Below are positions 12,585 through 25,322 of a stretch of DNA of 64,000 bases, one piece after another. The position numbers and the translations under genes are program-made. Origin of the DNA: Rhizodiscina lignyota (lineage: Eukaryota); the NCBI GenBank assembly GCA_010015805.1, contig ML978124.1, positions 682,001-746,000 on the forward strand, written 5' to 3'. Positions within the stretch are counted from its first letter, which is position 1; every line of letters starts with the position of its first letter. Below the pieces are notes generated by a model. It did no database searches. It was given only the letters and a program-made list of their open reading frames with translations, and was not told the DNA's origin.

Positions 12585-13208
12585 GGTTGATGACTTTCTC
12601 ATTTTGCTGGGCGCTATGGAGTTCTGAGGTCTACCTATGATGAAGGATCATGTGATGCATTGGCGGTCCGCTCTAGGTTTCTTTTAAGCTGCTTATGCTA
12701 TTTGCAGCTTCTGGAGCCTGTTGTATGATAGCTGTGGGCATTTTTACGACTAAAGCATACGACGGCGCAATACCATTTCACACAACTCATCTTCAGCAGA
12801 ACGTTGCACGTGAGGCCGTAATTCAAAATTCCCAACAATAGACTTGTAAGCCATGTTTGAATTCGTGCAGCGCCGGTCAGCAGTTGTTCACATGCTGTCC
12901 TCACATGGCCCAGACCCTGGCGCCTGAGGTTCATCGGCCAGCTCCGCATGTCGGGAACTTGATTGGCTGGCAGCACTTTTCCAAGCTCACCACCACGTCG
13001 CGTCGACAGGCAGAGCGCGTACAGCCACGTCCAACTGATCAGATTTCGTGGTGGTGTGGGAGCAGCGTTCTCATCTGGTCTTTCATTCTTCTTTCTTCGC
13101 GTCTCTCCTTTCCATTCCTTTTCATTGTCCATATCAAGTGAAGTGTACATTTTTGCAGCGCAGAATCTCAGCGTCCTTCACGTTGTCTGACTTCAAACCA
13201 CTCTCGCG

Positions 13209-14195
13209 ATGTCGAAAATCACAGTCGCAGTCGTCGCGGGCGCTGCAGCCGGCGCCGCTGCAACAGCAGCATACTTCTCCTCTCGCCGAACTGAAGTCGC
13301 TTCTCCTACTCCTACTTCGACGACCGTAACATCCACCACCACCGGCGCATCCCCACCAGTCCCCGCGATCCCTCCCAAACCACTCACCCAGCCTCCAGTT
13401 GACCCCTCCGGTCTCTTCCAATACGGCTTCCCCGGCCCCGTCGCCGACCTACGCCCCGCGGCCTCCCTCACATCCTCCTTCGACCGGCGCACGCGCAACC
13501 CGACCTGGGTGGCCGAGCACATCACACCGCAGTCGCTCGCCGCGAAGAACGGCGACCGCAAGCACAGCATCTTCAGCGAGGACGGCAGCATCCCGGCCAA
13601 GTTCCGGGCGAAGCTGAGCGACTACCACCGCAGCGGATACGACCGCGGGCACCAGGTGCCCGCCGCCGACGCAAAATGGAGCCAGGAGGCCATGGACGCG
13701 ACGTTCGCGCTGAGCAACATGTGTCCGCAGGTCGGCGATGGGTTTAACCGCGACTATTGGGCACACTTTGAGGACTTTTGTCGCAGGTTGACGGTGCATT
13801 ATCCGAGCGTGAGGATTGTGACGGGGCCGCTGTATCTGCCGAAGAGGGATCCGGTCGACGGGAAGTGGCGCGTCAATTACGAGGTCATCGGCAGCCCGCC
13901 GAATGTTGCGGTGCCGACGCACTTTTACAAGGTCATCTTTGCGGAGGATGGGAAGGTCGGTGGGAATGTGGCTCTGGGAGCGTTCGTGCTCCCGAACGCG
14001 GTCATCCCGAATGAGAAGCCGCTGAGTGATTTTGAAGTGCCGCTCGAGGCGATCGAGAGGGCGAGCGGGCTGGAGTTTGCGGGGCGGTTGCCGGATGGGA
14101 GGAAGAAGAGCTTGTGTAGGGAGGTGAGCTGTAGTCTCCTTGTGAGAAAGTATGAGGAAAGGCAGAAGGCGTTTGGGAGGGAAGAGAGGAAGTAA
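13209..14195 (+). CDS. NUC1: Mitochondrial endonuclease G / Nuc1
   Basis: FDRRTRNPTWVAEH, SGYDRGHQVPAAD active site, NMCPQVG.GFNRDYWAHFE, VAVPTHFYKV. Confidence 0.95.
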   Translation: MSKITVAVVAGAAAGAAATAAYFSSRRTEVASPTPTSTTVTSTTTGASPPVPAIPPKPLTQPPVDPSGLFQYGFPGPVADLRPAASLTSSFDRRTRNPTWVAEHITPQSLAAKNGDRKHSIFSEDGSIPAKFRAKLSDYHRSGYDRGHQVPAADAKWSQEAMDATFALSNMCPQVGDGFNRDYWAHFEDFCRRLTVHYPSVRIVTGPLYLPKRDPVDGKWRVNYEVIGSPPNVAVPTHFYKVIFAEDGKVGGNVALGAFVLPNAVIPNEKPLSDFEVPLEAIERASGLEFAGRLPDGRKKSLCREVSCSLLVRKYEERQKAFGREERK

Positions 14196-16261
14196 AGGGC
14201 GAACTGGGAGGAGTCTTGGTTGTTAGCGTAGCATGGCCGGCGAGCATGGAGTTTGATATCAAAAGACGGCTATTCTGGGAATTTGACATGGGCTTAATCT
14301 CCTGATATAAATCGTCAAATCCATTTCACCAATCAACTCTAGCCCAATAGCACCTCCGTTTTCCACGACTTGATATCACCGAGAATAGTAGGAAACTCTT
14401 CATCATTATCCTATGCCTGCTCCTGAATTTCCTTACGCACTTCTTGAAGGATCCCTCCCATCACATTGTGACCTAAGAAGGTCTAGCGATTGATGCCCTA
14501 GTAGAGGCAATCTTCCTTGAATATACTATCTTCCACAGCAAGCCGGGAATGTCCTGTGCCAATCAAGAGTTCTTTGGCTGTCCGTGCCGCCTCGCTGGGA
14601 TGCGTAAGCTTCGCAACTATAGCAGCCTTCATAACTGCCCGCCTCTGCTCTCCCCATTTAGCCATTTCCTCTCAGAGCTCCGGTTGTCCGAAGCCGATTT
14701 GCTCTGCCTGTCGAACAATCTGTGGAAATGATTCTTCTGACGTTGTGGCCTTGACAGTTGAGCACGAGTGCGATATCTCAAGCTGCCTTTCCGACTTTTT
14801 GGCCTTGGTAGCCGAGCATGACTCTGACCTTAAGAGAGCCTTCTTCCATTGCTGTGTGCTTGGTTTTTCAGCACAACCCCAACTTCAAGGAGTGGTTCTT
14901 GCACCGTGGTATCCTCGATTGCTGAGAACAATTCCAACCCTGGGAAATACTTCTTCCACCGCGGCGTCTTTGATTACTGAGCACAAACTGCTGTATCTGG
15001 AGGCTCTCCTTCTGACGCCGCCCCTTGCTCGTTGATCATGACTTCAATACCAAAAAAGATTCGCTCCCCCATTGCACCCTAAGCATTGAGCATTGCTATA
15101 TTATATAAGGACCACTCTTCTATCTTTGCAATCTTGAGTGTTGAGCAAGGGCTGCAACACTACAAAGGGCTAAAGGCGGCTGACAGGAGACTCGAACTCG
15201 GATCTGCGGCGAATTCTCTGTCTGGTCGTCTGCGCATGAGGTACAAGGTACGAGAAGGTAAGGCGTTGTGTTGACCAACCGCCGCGCTTGATCATAAGCG
15301 CGATATATCGTGTATCACGCTCTAAAAGCTTTCTTGATGCCGTACTCCTCAAATAGTCGCTTTTTGATATCCTTTTATAAGAGACCTTGATTATCCAGAA
15401 GGCGCACACGAGTTCTTATAGGAGTTTTGAACCACCTATTATCGCCAGCACGAGGAGGAGAGCTCATATTGTTGTAGACCTTAGGATCTATCTCTTGACT
15501 TCTTTAATTGAACTGTTCATTTGTTGTCACTTCAACATAGTTTTGCTCGATTTATGTAATTCTAGAGGAAGGCGCTTTAAAACTCGATTGATTGACATCT
15601 CGTGCTGAACTGTAATGCAATATTCACTTGTATGTTCATACATGCAGGCCCGGTCTAGACTTTACCTAGTTTCCGTACTCTGTATACATGACATCACTAG
15701 CCCCATTTGCCCCCATTTGACATTTGCAGGGTTTCTCCACCATTGACCCCTATTTCAGCCCTACAAAGCCTTATCAAAGGTAAGATCTCCACCCTAGCCA
15801 AGCACATAGATAACGAACTGCAATGTGAGGGGCAGCTATTTTCGCGGCTAACGTCATGGTGAAACCGAGCTTTGAGTCCCTTTCAGTGATCGCGAAATGA
15901 AAATTGCCATGTTTGGTTTCCCATATTCACTCAACAGGCAGATAGAGAAAGGAAGGAAGTGTCTAATTCAAAAGCAGAGACAGTGGCAGAATAACACAAG
16001 AGAAGAAGATAATTTTAAGCAGTATGTTCGATCCATGAAGATTGAGTTAGTGGGCGAGGTCGTGATGTGATAAGCATCACAGTTTCCATCTGTGTCCGTT
16101 GCCAATGCTGTGATACTCTAAGGGCCCCTAATTGGGCAGTATGCTTTAGGGTCCTCACTTGGCGAAGTGACGTCGTAGGTCTGCCAGCCAATATAATTAT
16201 ACTGACTCGTTTCATGTTTAGTTCTATACAATTTTCAGTATAATTCTGCATCCCAATCACC

Positions 16262-16832
16262 ATGTCCAGCGTACGTCTTCTCTCTGATGACATCTTCGAT
16301 CCAGCTTGCTGACCGCTCGGGCAGGACTACGGCTCAGGCACAACAGGAGGTGTGGGTTTCGGCAACAAGACCTCTGCCGACCCAGAGAATACTGGCCACG
16401 AAGAGACTCGCTTTGGCACCCATACCAACACAGACAGCTACTCCAGCCCAACTGAATACGGCTCTGGAACAACAAGCGGTGCGGGATTCGGCAACAAGAC
16501 TGGTGATGATGGATCGGGAGAGTACGACAACTCTGATACGAGATTCGGGAGCCATCAAAACACCGCGCCGTACAGTGGGCACAGAGAGCATGGGAGTGGC
16601 ACAACCGGCGGTGCCGGATTTGGTAATAAAACGGGCAGCTTTAGTCAAGGTCCGTCGAACAATTGACAGGTATACGGATGGAGTTGTCAGAGGGATGCTG
16701 ATGCGTACAATAGACTCCACGATCGGAAAGATGATGGAGAAGGCTGGCAGTATTATGAATAATGAGAAGATGGTGGAGAAGGGACATGCTAAACGCGAAG
16801 CTGCAGGTTTTGGACAGGAGGATACCTCGTAA
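16262..16832 (+). CDS. Small Gly-rich hydrophilin/dehydrin-like repeat protein, two introns
   Basis: Three (Y/H)GSGTT.G.GFGNKT repeats and C-terminal DSTIGKMMEKAG...EKGHAKRE. GT-AG introns near 16270-16324 and 16650-16713. Confidence 0.65.
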
Positions 16833-17120
16833 TCGAGAAAGCAGTATGGAAGAAATTGTATGATTAGTTTGTATCTTACGAGTATGACGGCTGATACCCG
16901 ATGATCTGGTTCGTTCTGGAAATGTACGCTTGAATACACCTAACTGGTATCGGATATTGAGCCAACTGGCGCTGCGTGTCCGCTGAACGTGATCATGGAG
17001 ATATGATAGCTGCGAACCATCCTTTCATGTACTGTTTCCCGACAATCCATGCCATGTCTCCGTAAACGCTCTCGTGAGAACTGGGGCCTTCGACATACCA
17101 AGTCGTCACGCTTGTGTCCC

Positions 17121-17987
17121 TCATCGCACGTATCTGCTCTGTAGAATTGTCAGTACACTGAAAGTGAGATGGACACTGTAATGTGCTCACCATAAATCGT
17201 TTGTGGAAATCAGATCGTAAGAGGTCATTTACGAACTCCTTCGACTTCTTGTCCGCGGTTCCGCGAGCTTGATTCTTGAAGACAACATCCTCGTCCCATC
17301 GTCGTTTAACATTGAAGTCTTGAGCATTGAGTAGTGGATTGCCGCGCGCGATGTTGTACTCTCGTTCCTCTGCTTCCTTCGCGGCTTTCTGTGCCTCCTC
17401 TTTCTCTTTTTGGTCTGCCCTCTCTTTCTTTATGTTGCCGATCTCTCGCATAAGCTGGGCGGTCTCGTCTTCGCCCTCATCCTCATCTTCATCGCTGCTG
17501 TCATCACTGTCGCTTCCATCAGAGTCAGCATCCAATTCCTGTGCCTCCTCTAGTATTATCCGTCTTCGCTTCGCCTCTGGATCTTCCTCTTCATCAGCAT
17601 CATCATCCGCCATTGCCTCGATCTGTCGTTTTGTTCCTGATGGAGCATGTTGGGGTTCTTCCTCCTCAGGTTCGGACGCGCGCTTCTTCTTCTCAAGGGC
17701 CGCCGCTTCGGCTGCTAAGAGTTCGGCACGGAGGTCGCGTGGTGCTGCATCTGCGTCGCCACCTTGTCCAGGTTGTCTAATGTGATGTCAGATGCCATAG
17801 CAGCAGATAGGTATGGGAAGTCTCTAACCTAAGCTTCAAGGTCGTGTAGGCGGGTGCGAGGCGCTGATGGTATGCTGGGCCTCTCAGGGCGTCTTTGCCG
17901 CGAGCCTGAAAAGGACATTAGACAAAGCTATTCCGAAGAATTCAATTCACTAACCGGATCGAACGTAGGCCTATGCGCTGTGGTCAT
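17121..17987 (-). CDS. cwc15: Pre-mRNA splicing factor Cwc15/Cwf15, multi-exon
   Basis: [27 protein letters not shown]-terminal [17 protein letters not shown]...[20 protein letters not shown]. Confidence 0.95.
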
Positions 17988-18193
17988 GGCGGATAGAGAA
18001 TCTTGGGGGTAGCGGTGTAAACCAAGTAGATCTTGTGAGTTGGAAGTTGTGCCACAACATGGAAGCGCAAGCGTTATGAAAGTCTATAATTGATTCTCCG
18101 AAGAATAGCCGACGACACGCGAAATTTCATGCGCGACGCGACTTGCATCTGGCTTGACTTATTTGAGCTTAACCATTTCAGATGTGAGGTAAA

Positions 18194-19192
18194 ATGCCTC
18201 GAGAAGCTGAGCTGTCGCTCAATGAGCGAGAATTCCTTCTCCAAGCTCTACGCGAAAATGTTCGCCTCGACGGACGCCCTTTCGACACGTTCCGCAATGT
18301 AGAGCTCAAGTTTGGAGAGGAATATGGTGTTGCTGACGTTCAATTGGGCAAAACGAGGTAATTTGCGTTCGAAAATTGCCTAGCTAATGTTCTAATATCG
18401 TTACAGAATCGTCGTGCGAGTTTCTTGCGATGTGACTGCTCCATATCCAGACCGCAAATTCGATGGCATCTTCAATATCACCACCGAGTTCTCACCTATG
18501 GCCTCTCCTGCATTTGAAGTGGGCAGGTAAGCTTCAAAGCTCCTTCTGCTCTCGCATTACGTTCTTGAGCTGTTTGGTAGGCTAACTGTAAGTCTAGACC
18601 AAACGAATCTGAAGTCATTCTATCTCGCATCTTAGAAAAGGCTATTCGCAGAAGCTCTGCTCTTGACACGGAGTCTCTCTGCATCATCGCTGGACAGAAA
18701 TGCTTTGCCGTACGTGCGGATATTCACGTGCTTGATCACGATGGCGGTCTTGTCGATGCGGCTTGTATTGCCCTTATAGCCGCGCTTCAGCACTTTCGAC
18801 GACCAGACGTTACCGTGGAAGGTGAGAATGTGACTGTTTACAGTCTGCGCGAAAGGGAGCCGGTGCCGTTGGCGATGCTCCATCACCCGCTCTGCGTCAC
18901 ATTCTCATACTTTCACAGTGGCGAGGTCGTCTTGGTCGATGCCACGTTAGCTGAAGAGCAAGTGCGCGAGAGTGAAGTCATTGTCACAATGAACAGGCAC
19001 GGCGAGATCTGTCAAATTGCAAAGTATGGCGGCTCGCCGATTGACGCAGTGTCACTTCTTACCTGCACTAGCAGTGCGTTGGGGAAAGTCCAGGCACTGT
19101 GGAAATATATCCAAGAAAAGCTGGATGAAGATGCGAAGAAGAGAGACGCCGGCGGTCTGATGGCTGAACTCAGCGCGGAGAATGCGCGTTGA
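18194..19192 (+). CDS. RRP45: Exosome core component Rrp45, two introns
   Basis: MPREAELSLNEREFLLQALRENVRLDGR; PYPDRKFDG; LDTESLCIIAGQKC; DHDGGLVDAACIA..HFRRPD; ELSAENAR. Confidence 0.95.
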
Positions 19193-19565
19193 AGTCTTTG
19201 GATTGATAATTGGCCGTCACGAACTCATTCATACTCTGGCACAGCGAGATGTGCCAAATCGGAAGCTGGAACACTCTGGACGCATCACCGTGTTGGAAAT
19301 TCATGATTATCGACAAGTCTGCATGACGGGTGGATTGGTGATTGAATGTGGCTACAGTTCTGTCTATGTGGGGCGGTATGCTCTGAAACATAGAATCGAC
19401 AACAGCTCCAGGGCACCACAGTGCAGGAAATCGAAGTGTCGCGTGGATACGAAAGTATATTTGCGATACACAAACGAAGACTTGATGAGCCTGGGGCATC
19501 TATATAGGCGAGTCTCCAAAAACAAGACACTACTTGGGTCTAAACCCTCCCCATCACGTCTCGAC

Positions 19566-20464
19566 TTAAAGATTCTTGTTGAAGAAAGCAGCAGTTTGGT
19601 TCCATCTAGCAAAGTTTGTGTCAGTCAAGTGGCCTCGCGATATCATACGTGATGACGCACCCTTTTTCAAATTGCTTCACATTCTCAGGATCCTTCAGGT
19701 TGGCTCGCGCAGCCATCCATCCATGATGCATGTCTGTATAATGTTCAACTTCACAGCCCTCCTTCGCCTTCAGAATTTCGCTGCATTCTTTGACGACTGC
19801 AGGGTCCCCGTCCCCTTTCGAGAACAGGGAGAGATATGGAATTATAATTCCCTTGGCGTCCGCGGCATCAGGTCGTCTATCCGGAGCGTCAGCAATGTAT
19901 GATCATCGGTCTTTGCGTTGATGCCACCTTACCCCGGATGCGCAGTACCCGACGCCTTGAACTTCGTTCCCTTTGCGCTCGCCAATGCAGTGATCTTCCC
20001 TCCCCAGCAAAGGCCGAAGCTCCCCCAAGCCGTGATGCCCTTCTTTTCCGTCAACTCATCCACGAAGTTCCACAAATTCGGAATGTGCTGTGGCGGAAGC
20101 GCAATCTTCATCACCGCATCGATAAGCTGCTTTTTCTCGGCTGTATCCGGTGGGAACCCGCTCAATGGCAATGCCTTGCCCTTGAAGAAGTCGGGAACAA
20201 AGACGAGAGCATTGGTTGATGCGGCAAGACGGTCGGCGCCTTGGAACGTGGATGGGTGGAAGCCGAAAATATCATATACGATGATAATGGCTTTCTTTGC
20301 GTCTGATGGGCCGATTACATCTATGACAGAGTCAGTCATATACACACCTGAACAATTGATCTTCTAGATCACATACATGTGTTCAGGTCCGCATAGGTTG
20401 CGTAGTCGCCTTTGGGGGAATAGTCCGAAGAGACTGCGGGGAGCTCGCTTGGGCAGCACGCCAT
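19566..20464 (-). CDS. Dienelactone hydrolase family protein, multi-exon
   Basis: YDIFGF, VPDFF, nucleophile elbow GLCWGGK, AHP, HHGWMAARANL. Confidence 0.88.
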
Positions 20465-20719
20465 TGTCGTTGTTCGTGAAGCTGTGGAAGGTTTCAATTG
20501 AACAATTGGGCGTTACTCTTCTCTCGAAAATCACATGAATGCATGCAACAGCGACTTTTGCGACGAATTTATCGTGGGTTGCTGTTTCACGACCGGCCCG
20601 GCGTGCCCGGTAACGGCTGCAGTATCTGCCCCGATGCTGCAGAACTTTCATGCGATATGGCAACAACCACTGGACGCCGTCGAATTCGGACGAGTCAAGA
20701 CGACAACCAGGCATGGAGT

Positions 20720-21046
20720 TTACGGCTTTTCAGTTAAATTTTGTCCGTCTGCGGGTAAGGGCCGCCTTCCAGGTTCCTGCGTCTCCTCCAACGCTTTGCG
20801 TGCCGACTCGAAGCTCCCGAGATCCGTGATGTGCTTGTAGCCAGCAGCTTCAAGAGCGGACTTTGCGATGCCTGAACGACGACCGGAGCGGCAATAGAGG
20901 ACTATTTCCGAGTCCTTCGATACATTTCCGACGTTTGTGATTTGAGAAGTGACGCCCTCATGAGGAATATTAACGGCATCGAGGAGACGACCCGAGCTGT
21001 ACTCCTCAGCAGTGCGAACATCGATCAAGATTCGAGTCCCGGCCAT
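20720..21046 (-). CDS. Single-domain rhodanese (PspE-like sulfurtransferase)
   Basis: LIDVRTAEEYSSG..AVNIP and active-site LYCRSGRRS; intronless. Confidence 0.85.
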   Translation of the reverse strand: MAGTRILIDVRTAEEYSSGRLLDAVNIPHEGVTSQITNVGNVSKDSEIVLYCRSGRRSGIAKSALEAAGYKHITDLGSFESARKALEETQEPGRRPLPADGQNLTEKP

Positions 21047-24000
21047 TCTGATATATATCTCAGATCAATACGATGGCTTTCACAGTTTCCGAGTGAATGT
21101 CTTCTCTCAAGATACACGAATAGAGGTACACAGAAGATTCACAAAGGTCGTCTGTGCTGCCAAGTCAAATGGAAGCTGATCTATCCGCAATGCCCGATCG
21201 GCAACCATCCGAATGCGGTACCGAACTTGCCGGACCTCGTCTCGCTGGTTTGCATTGCCCTTCGCATATATATGAAATATTGGTGAGTCTCTGAAGATGA
21301 AACAAGCTATTCACTTTCTTTCGATCACTCCACAGAAGGAATATTTGATTCTATCTAGCGATTGGCATACACCCAAAGCGAGTTTCAAGCAGCGCTGTTC
21401 GGCTACGTCTTGAGTGCTACATTTGCCTTATTGGATTCAGAACATGAGCGCTTGCAAAGCCTGCGACTGGAGTTGAGTGACTACTCAGCTGCCTAGCATG
21501 ATCCAAAAAATGATCATTAAATCTGCAGATGCGAACGAAAACCGCATTGGCGACTTCTGCGGAGTAGAACGTCCATTCTTTTTCTGCTGGGTTTACGGTA
21601 GAATTGCGTGAGCTAAAAATATGCAAAATAATCAAAGCCTCCAAGCCAGCGAAGAAACCGCGCTTGAGACAAGGCTGGAAAGAAAAAAGATTACTCGTCA
21701 CTGATGTGTATTCGCAGGCCGTTGGAAAGTCAGCAACGTGCAGTGCAGAGCCACCAATGCACAGCGTCACGATCTCGTGTCCGAGCAGAAGGCAAGTGGA
21801 GTCGTCTGGCACCTGGGCCGCGGAAAAATTGTACTATTGGCCTTCGGCTGTTAATATGTGCTATCTGATTTCAGACCGTATGCGGAATGGCGATTGTTTC
21901 AAACATTGCATCGCGTCAGGCTGCTCCCGAGAACGTGGAGGAAAGGCTCGTCACACAGCCCAACGCTTCGTTACCGGTGACCCGTTTAGGCCCTCCACAC
22001 AACTTGGAAGCGCGGAACAAATTCTGAGCGTTCCCAGCCAATATACTTTTCTAGAGCCTTGCCAAGTTGGGGCGATTGCAGCGGATTGCGTAGCGGAATC
22101 CACGCCGGTCCAAGGTTTGGAAACTGACGCTTGAGCAACCCAAGCGAGCCAGGGACTCGAGGTCCCATCCGTCCATCGTCCATCGTCCATCGTCCATCTA
22201 TATCCATCTATATCCATCCATCGTCTCAAGCGCCACGAGACACCTCCCCCACGTCGAGCCGTCTTCTCATCATCAACGGCGGCCAGTACGATCGCCACCG
22301 CTTAGACGCCGGCATAATCATTCCGGCTGAGATCCCGAAATTGCATCCCATCATTCTCTTTTCACATTCAACTCTAGCGCAGGCAACCGGGAAAGCGCGC
22401 GAGATGCACTGCATGCGTCGCGTCAAGACATTGCCTTCTACGCTCTGAGCCGTCGCAACGACTGCCACTGAGGCGCCCTGAAGTAGATCTGATAAGGTAT
22501 ATAGGAACCCGATAGCTTGGAACCCCGCGGTAGCACACGACTTTGCAGAACGACGTTCAATGGTGCCAAGCTGTTTTCATGCGGTGACCACTGTCGTGAT
22601 CGCGATCGAACGATGCCAGCGATACGACTGGATAGCGCATGACTGGGGGCGTCCAAATAATCGAACGACCGTTTGCGCCAACCGCACCCCAGCGTGCAGG
22701 TATTTGAGAGTAACTCTCTAAGGCGCTCGCTGCCGGACACGACAGCAGCAAACACCCGCCTGATCAAGGAATTTAGATCGCGGACGAGATGCAGCATCAA
22801 GGCGCCCTACGTAAAGCCACTTACTACTCCGGTGGCTCTAACTATTCTGCACGAGTGATGCAAGTGAAGGATGAACCAGAAATGCTCCCAGTGCTTTCTT
22901 TAACAGAGGTTCAAGAGCGAACATGAGCTCGATAGAGCAAGCAGATGATGTTTCCAGAAACCCTGATGAGAGCTATCGTCTCTACCTGTGCTAGTTCTAA
23001 AATTTCACTACACAAGGCATGTAGCGTAGCTAAGATGCTCACATTAGCATGCTTCATACCAAATCGACGCCACTACGAATAATACACATAACAATAATTT
23101 TGAGTCTATTTAGTAATGGGACGATAGCACCAAGAAGCTAGTAGCGGGTCGGACCATTATCTCATAGGCATGAAACGTAGCCCAATGGGCTTCCGGAACT
23201 GTACGCACTGCTCACGGTAACATCACTCTCTTAGGCAAGAATGGTCAGATTCCATTAGATCGTCATTAGAGGTATAATCGAGGAGGTCGCTTTTGCGTCA
23301 TGCAACAGTACCCACAGAGAGGGCTTCGCATGAAAATCTGCCAGGCTTCATGGCGTGGTATGAGCTCGGTGCTTACTAAATGGTGTCGCCCATTACCTCC
23401 TCCAGCTGAATCATGTTAGCAGCCGTTAGAGGCGGCTTTACATCATCCATAGTCCGTCAGCGCCTCCCCTACGTGATCAGGAATACCAGGCTAGAGTATC
23501 TTAGTAGTTTGAGATACCCGTGCCATAAGCATCATGTTAGGCAACGAGTGCCAGCACTCTAGAGAGTGCTTCAGTGCTTCCAGATACGGCAGGGTCCTGC
23601 AAGACGAAATTAGAGTTCAGCAAGGTGGGGATGCGCGGCTGATATTGCAGCGCTGACTGGAGGAGAGCTCCCTGCGGTCCAGGCTCCGCATCATCGTCCG
23701 CGCCTCACAGACTGAACGCTTGCCGGTCGCGTTGCAAAATCTGCGAGATGGGAAGCCAGGCCATTAGGGCTGGTTGACATGGGGGAAGATTTACGAGACG
23801 GACTTCTAGTGGCCTGACAGCAGTAACGCACGAGCATCGCATGCCCGGAACGCGGAAACCGTTGCACAGATGGGGATCCTTGACCGTTGCATACGATTGC
23901 AGAGGGCTGATTTGCTCCACGGATTGCTCAGTTGGCGGGAGGGTGGGCGGCCTGTGAGCCAGGCAAACGGCAAGTGGGCAATCCCGCCCCTTGCCGAACG

Positions 24001-24878
24001 CCGTCAAGCTGGAATTCTGTATGGCTGCCACGCACGTACGCGCTATGTACATAAGCCCACACCGGCTTGGCCGCAGGAGGCATGTCCTGTTTTGCCGCTT
24101 TGCGTCACGTTGCGGTGCTCGGACGTGTCGGGAAGTCTTTCTTTTGACGTTCTCTGAAAATTCGCTGCTCAACGCCGAGCGCGCGACGTCCGCCACGTCC
24201 TGCCTACCCACCCCCTAGATCTCACCGACTACGCAGGGGCCGCACGGTCATCCTACCCTATCCAGTATCCTCTTGCGCCCTTATCCCGGCCCTGGATGGA
24301 AGGGGTGCAAAGGGCACAACTCCAAATGTCGAACCTCCACGTACCGCCCTGGAGATTGATCAACTTGAGAGCGTGCACCCCGCAGTCGAATCCACTACAC
24401 ACAAACATTCTCGTTCGCCCTTCTCGGGACGGATGCACACCTTGCCGCAATGCTTAGTCGGAACGGAAGTTTCGACTCGCTGTCCCTCACAAGAGATCTG
24501 GCTGTTCATCGACGTCCGTATTGCCACAAGCAGGGACGACCATCATCAGGCAGTGAGAATTCAACTTCTTGGTTCATCACCTCATGGCCGGCGAAAGGAA
24601 CATATATTCTATATTGTCATTTTCCAGGCTACGATATTTGTTCACCAGCCTGGCCACTCTTCGCGGAAACTGAATGCGACGCAGATATTTTGACATCTGA
24701 ACTCGATGCTCGGATTTATGCCAGTCCCTTGTTTCTCTTTGCAAGCTCTGTGGCATAGCCACTTTCAAACATTTGACCATCTACAACTTGTTGTGCCTGT
24801 TAAGTCTCAGCGCTATTTGCGCGCCTGGGCTCCGGGATCGTCGATCCTGCCGCGAATGTTTGCAGATTTATGGCTGTT

Positions 24879-25322
24879 TTACATCAGCTCTGGCTTATTA
24901 CACGCCCCACTGATTAACCTACCAACTCCCTGGTGTGGATCGTGTAGTGCGCCATTAACAGATTTTCTTGTCCGAGTACGATCAAGCACCAGACCCTCGT
25001 TGGCCGGATCTGAGAGCCAAGCCTGTAGCGGAGTCTTTCCACGGGCCATTTCTGCGTGAAACTCCCAACCGTTAGGCAGTTCGAAACCAAGGTCCTTAGC
25101 AGCTAATTGAACTCGCTGCTTTCCTTCTTCTACGGCTTCTGGATCGGCGAGATACTCCTCAAGGAGGACTTGGTTCAGGGCAAGGACTGCCGAAGTTAAT
25201 GGCGGGCCTTGTGGGAGACGAGGAACCGTTTCTTTCGCATGAAGGCAGTCGTCATAAGAATCATGAGCTTCCGGGCGGTGATGGGGTCTCTCAGTAGCCA
25301 AGGAGCTGGGGCAATGAGCCAT
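24879..25322 (-). CDS. Hypothetical protein, paralogous to the pseudogene at about 29.8-30.2 kb
   Basis: 147-aa ATG ORF with TATA-like repeat upstream. LGFELPNGWEFHAEMARGKTPLQAWLSDPA matches the second copy. Confidence 0.55.
   Translation of the reverse strand: MAHCPSSLATERPHHRPEAHDSYDDCLHAKETVPRLPQGPPLTSAVLALNQVLLEEYLADPEAVEEGKQRVQLAAKDLGFELPNGWEFHAEMARGKTPLQAWLSDPANEGLVLDRTRTRKSVNGALHDPHQGVGRLISGACNKPELM

Noticed and set aside
14400..15400. Stop-interrupted minus-strand coding-like stretch
   Set aside because: No family could be assigned by eye.
21417..21812. Faint BTB/POZ-like pattern (EIVTLCIG...FF..L)
   Set aside because: Too degenerate to support without an HMM search.
22165..22225. 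(CCATCGT)n / CCATCTATAT short repeats
   Set aside because: Ordinary microsatellite-like low complexity.
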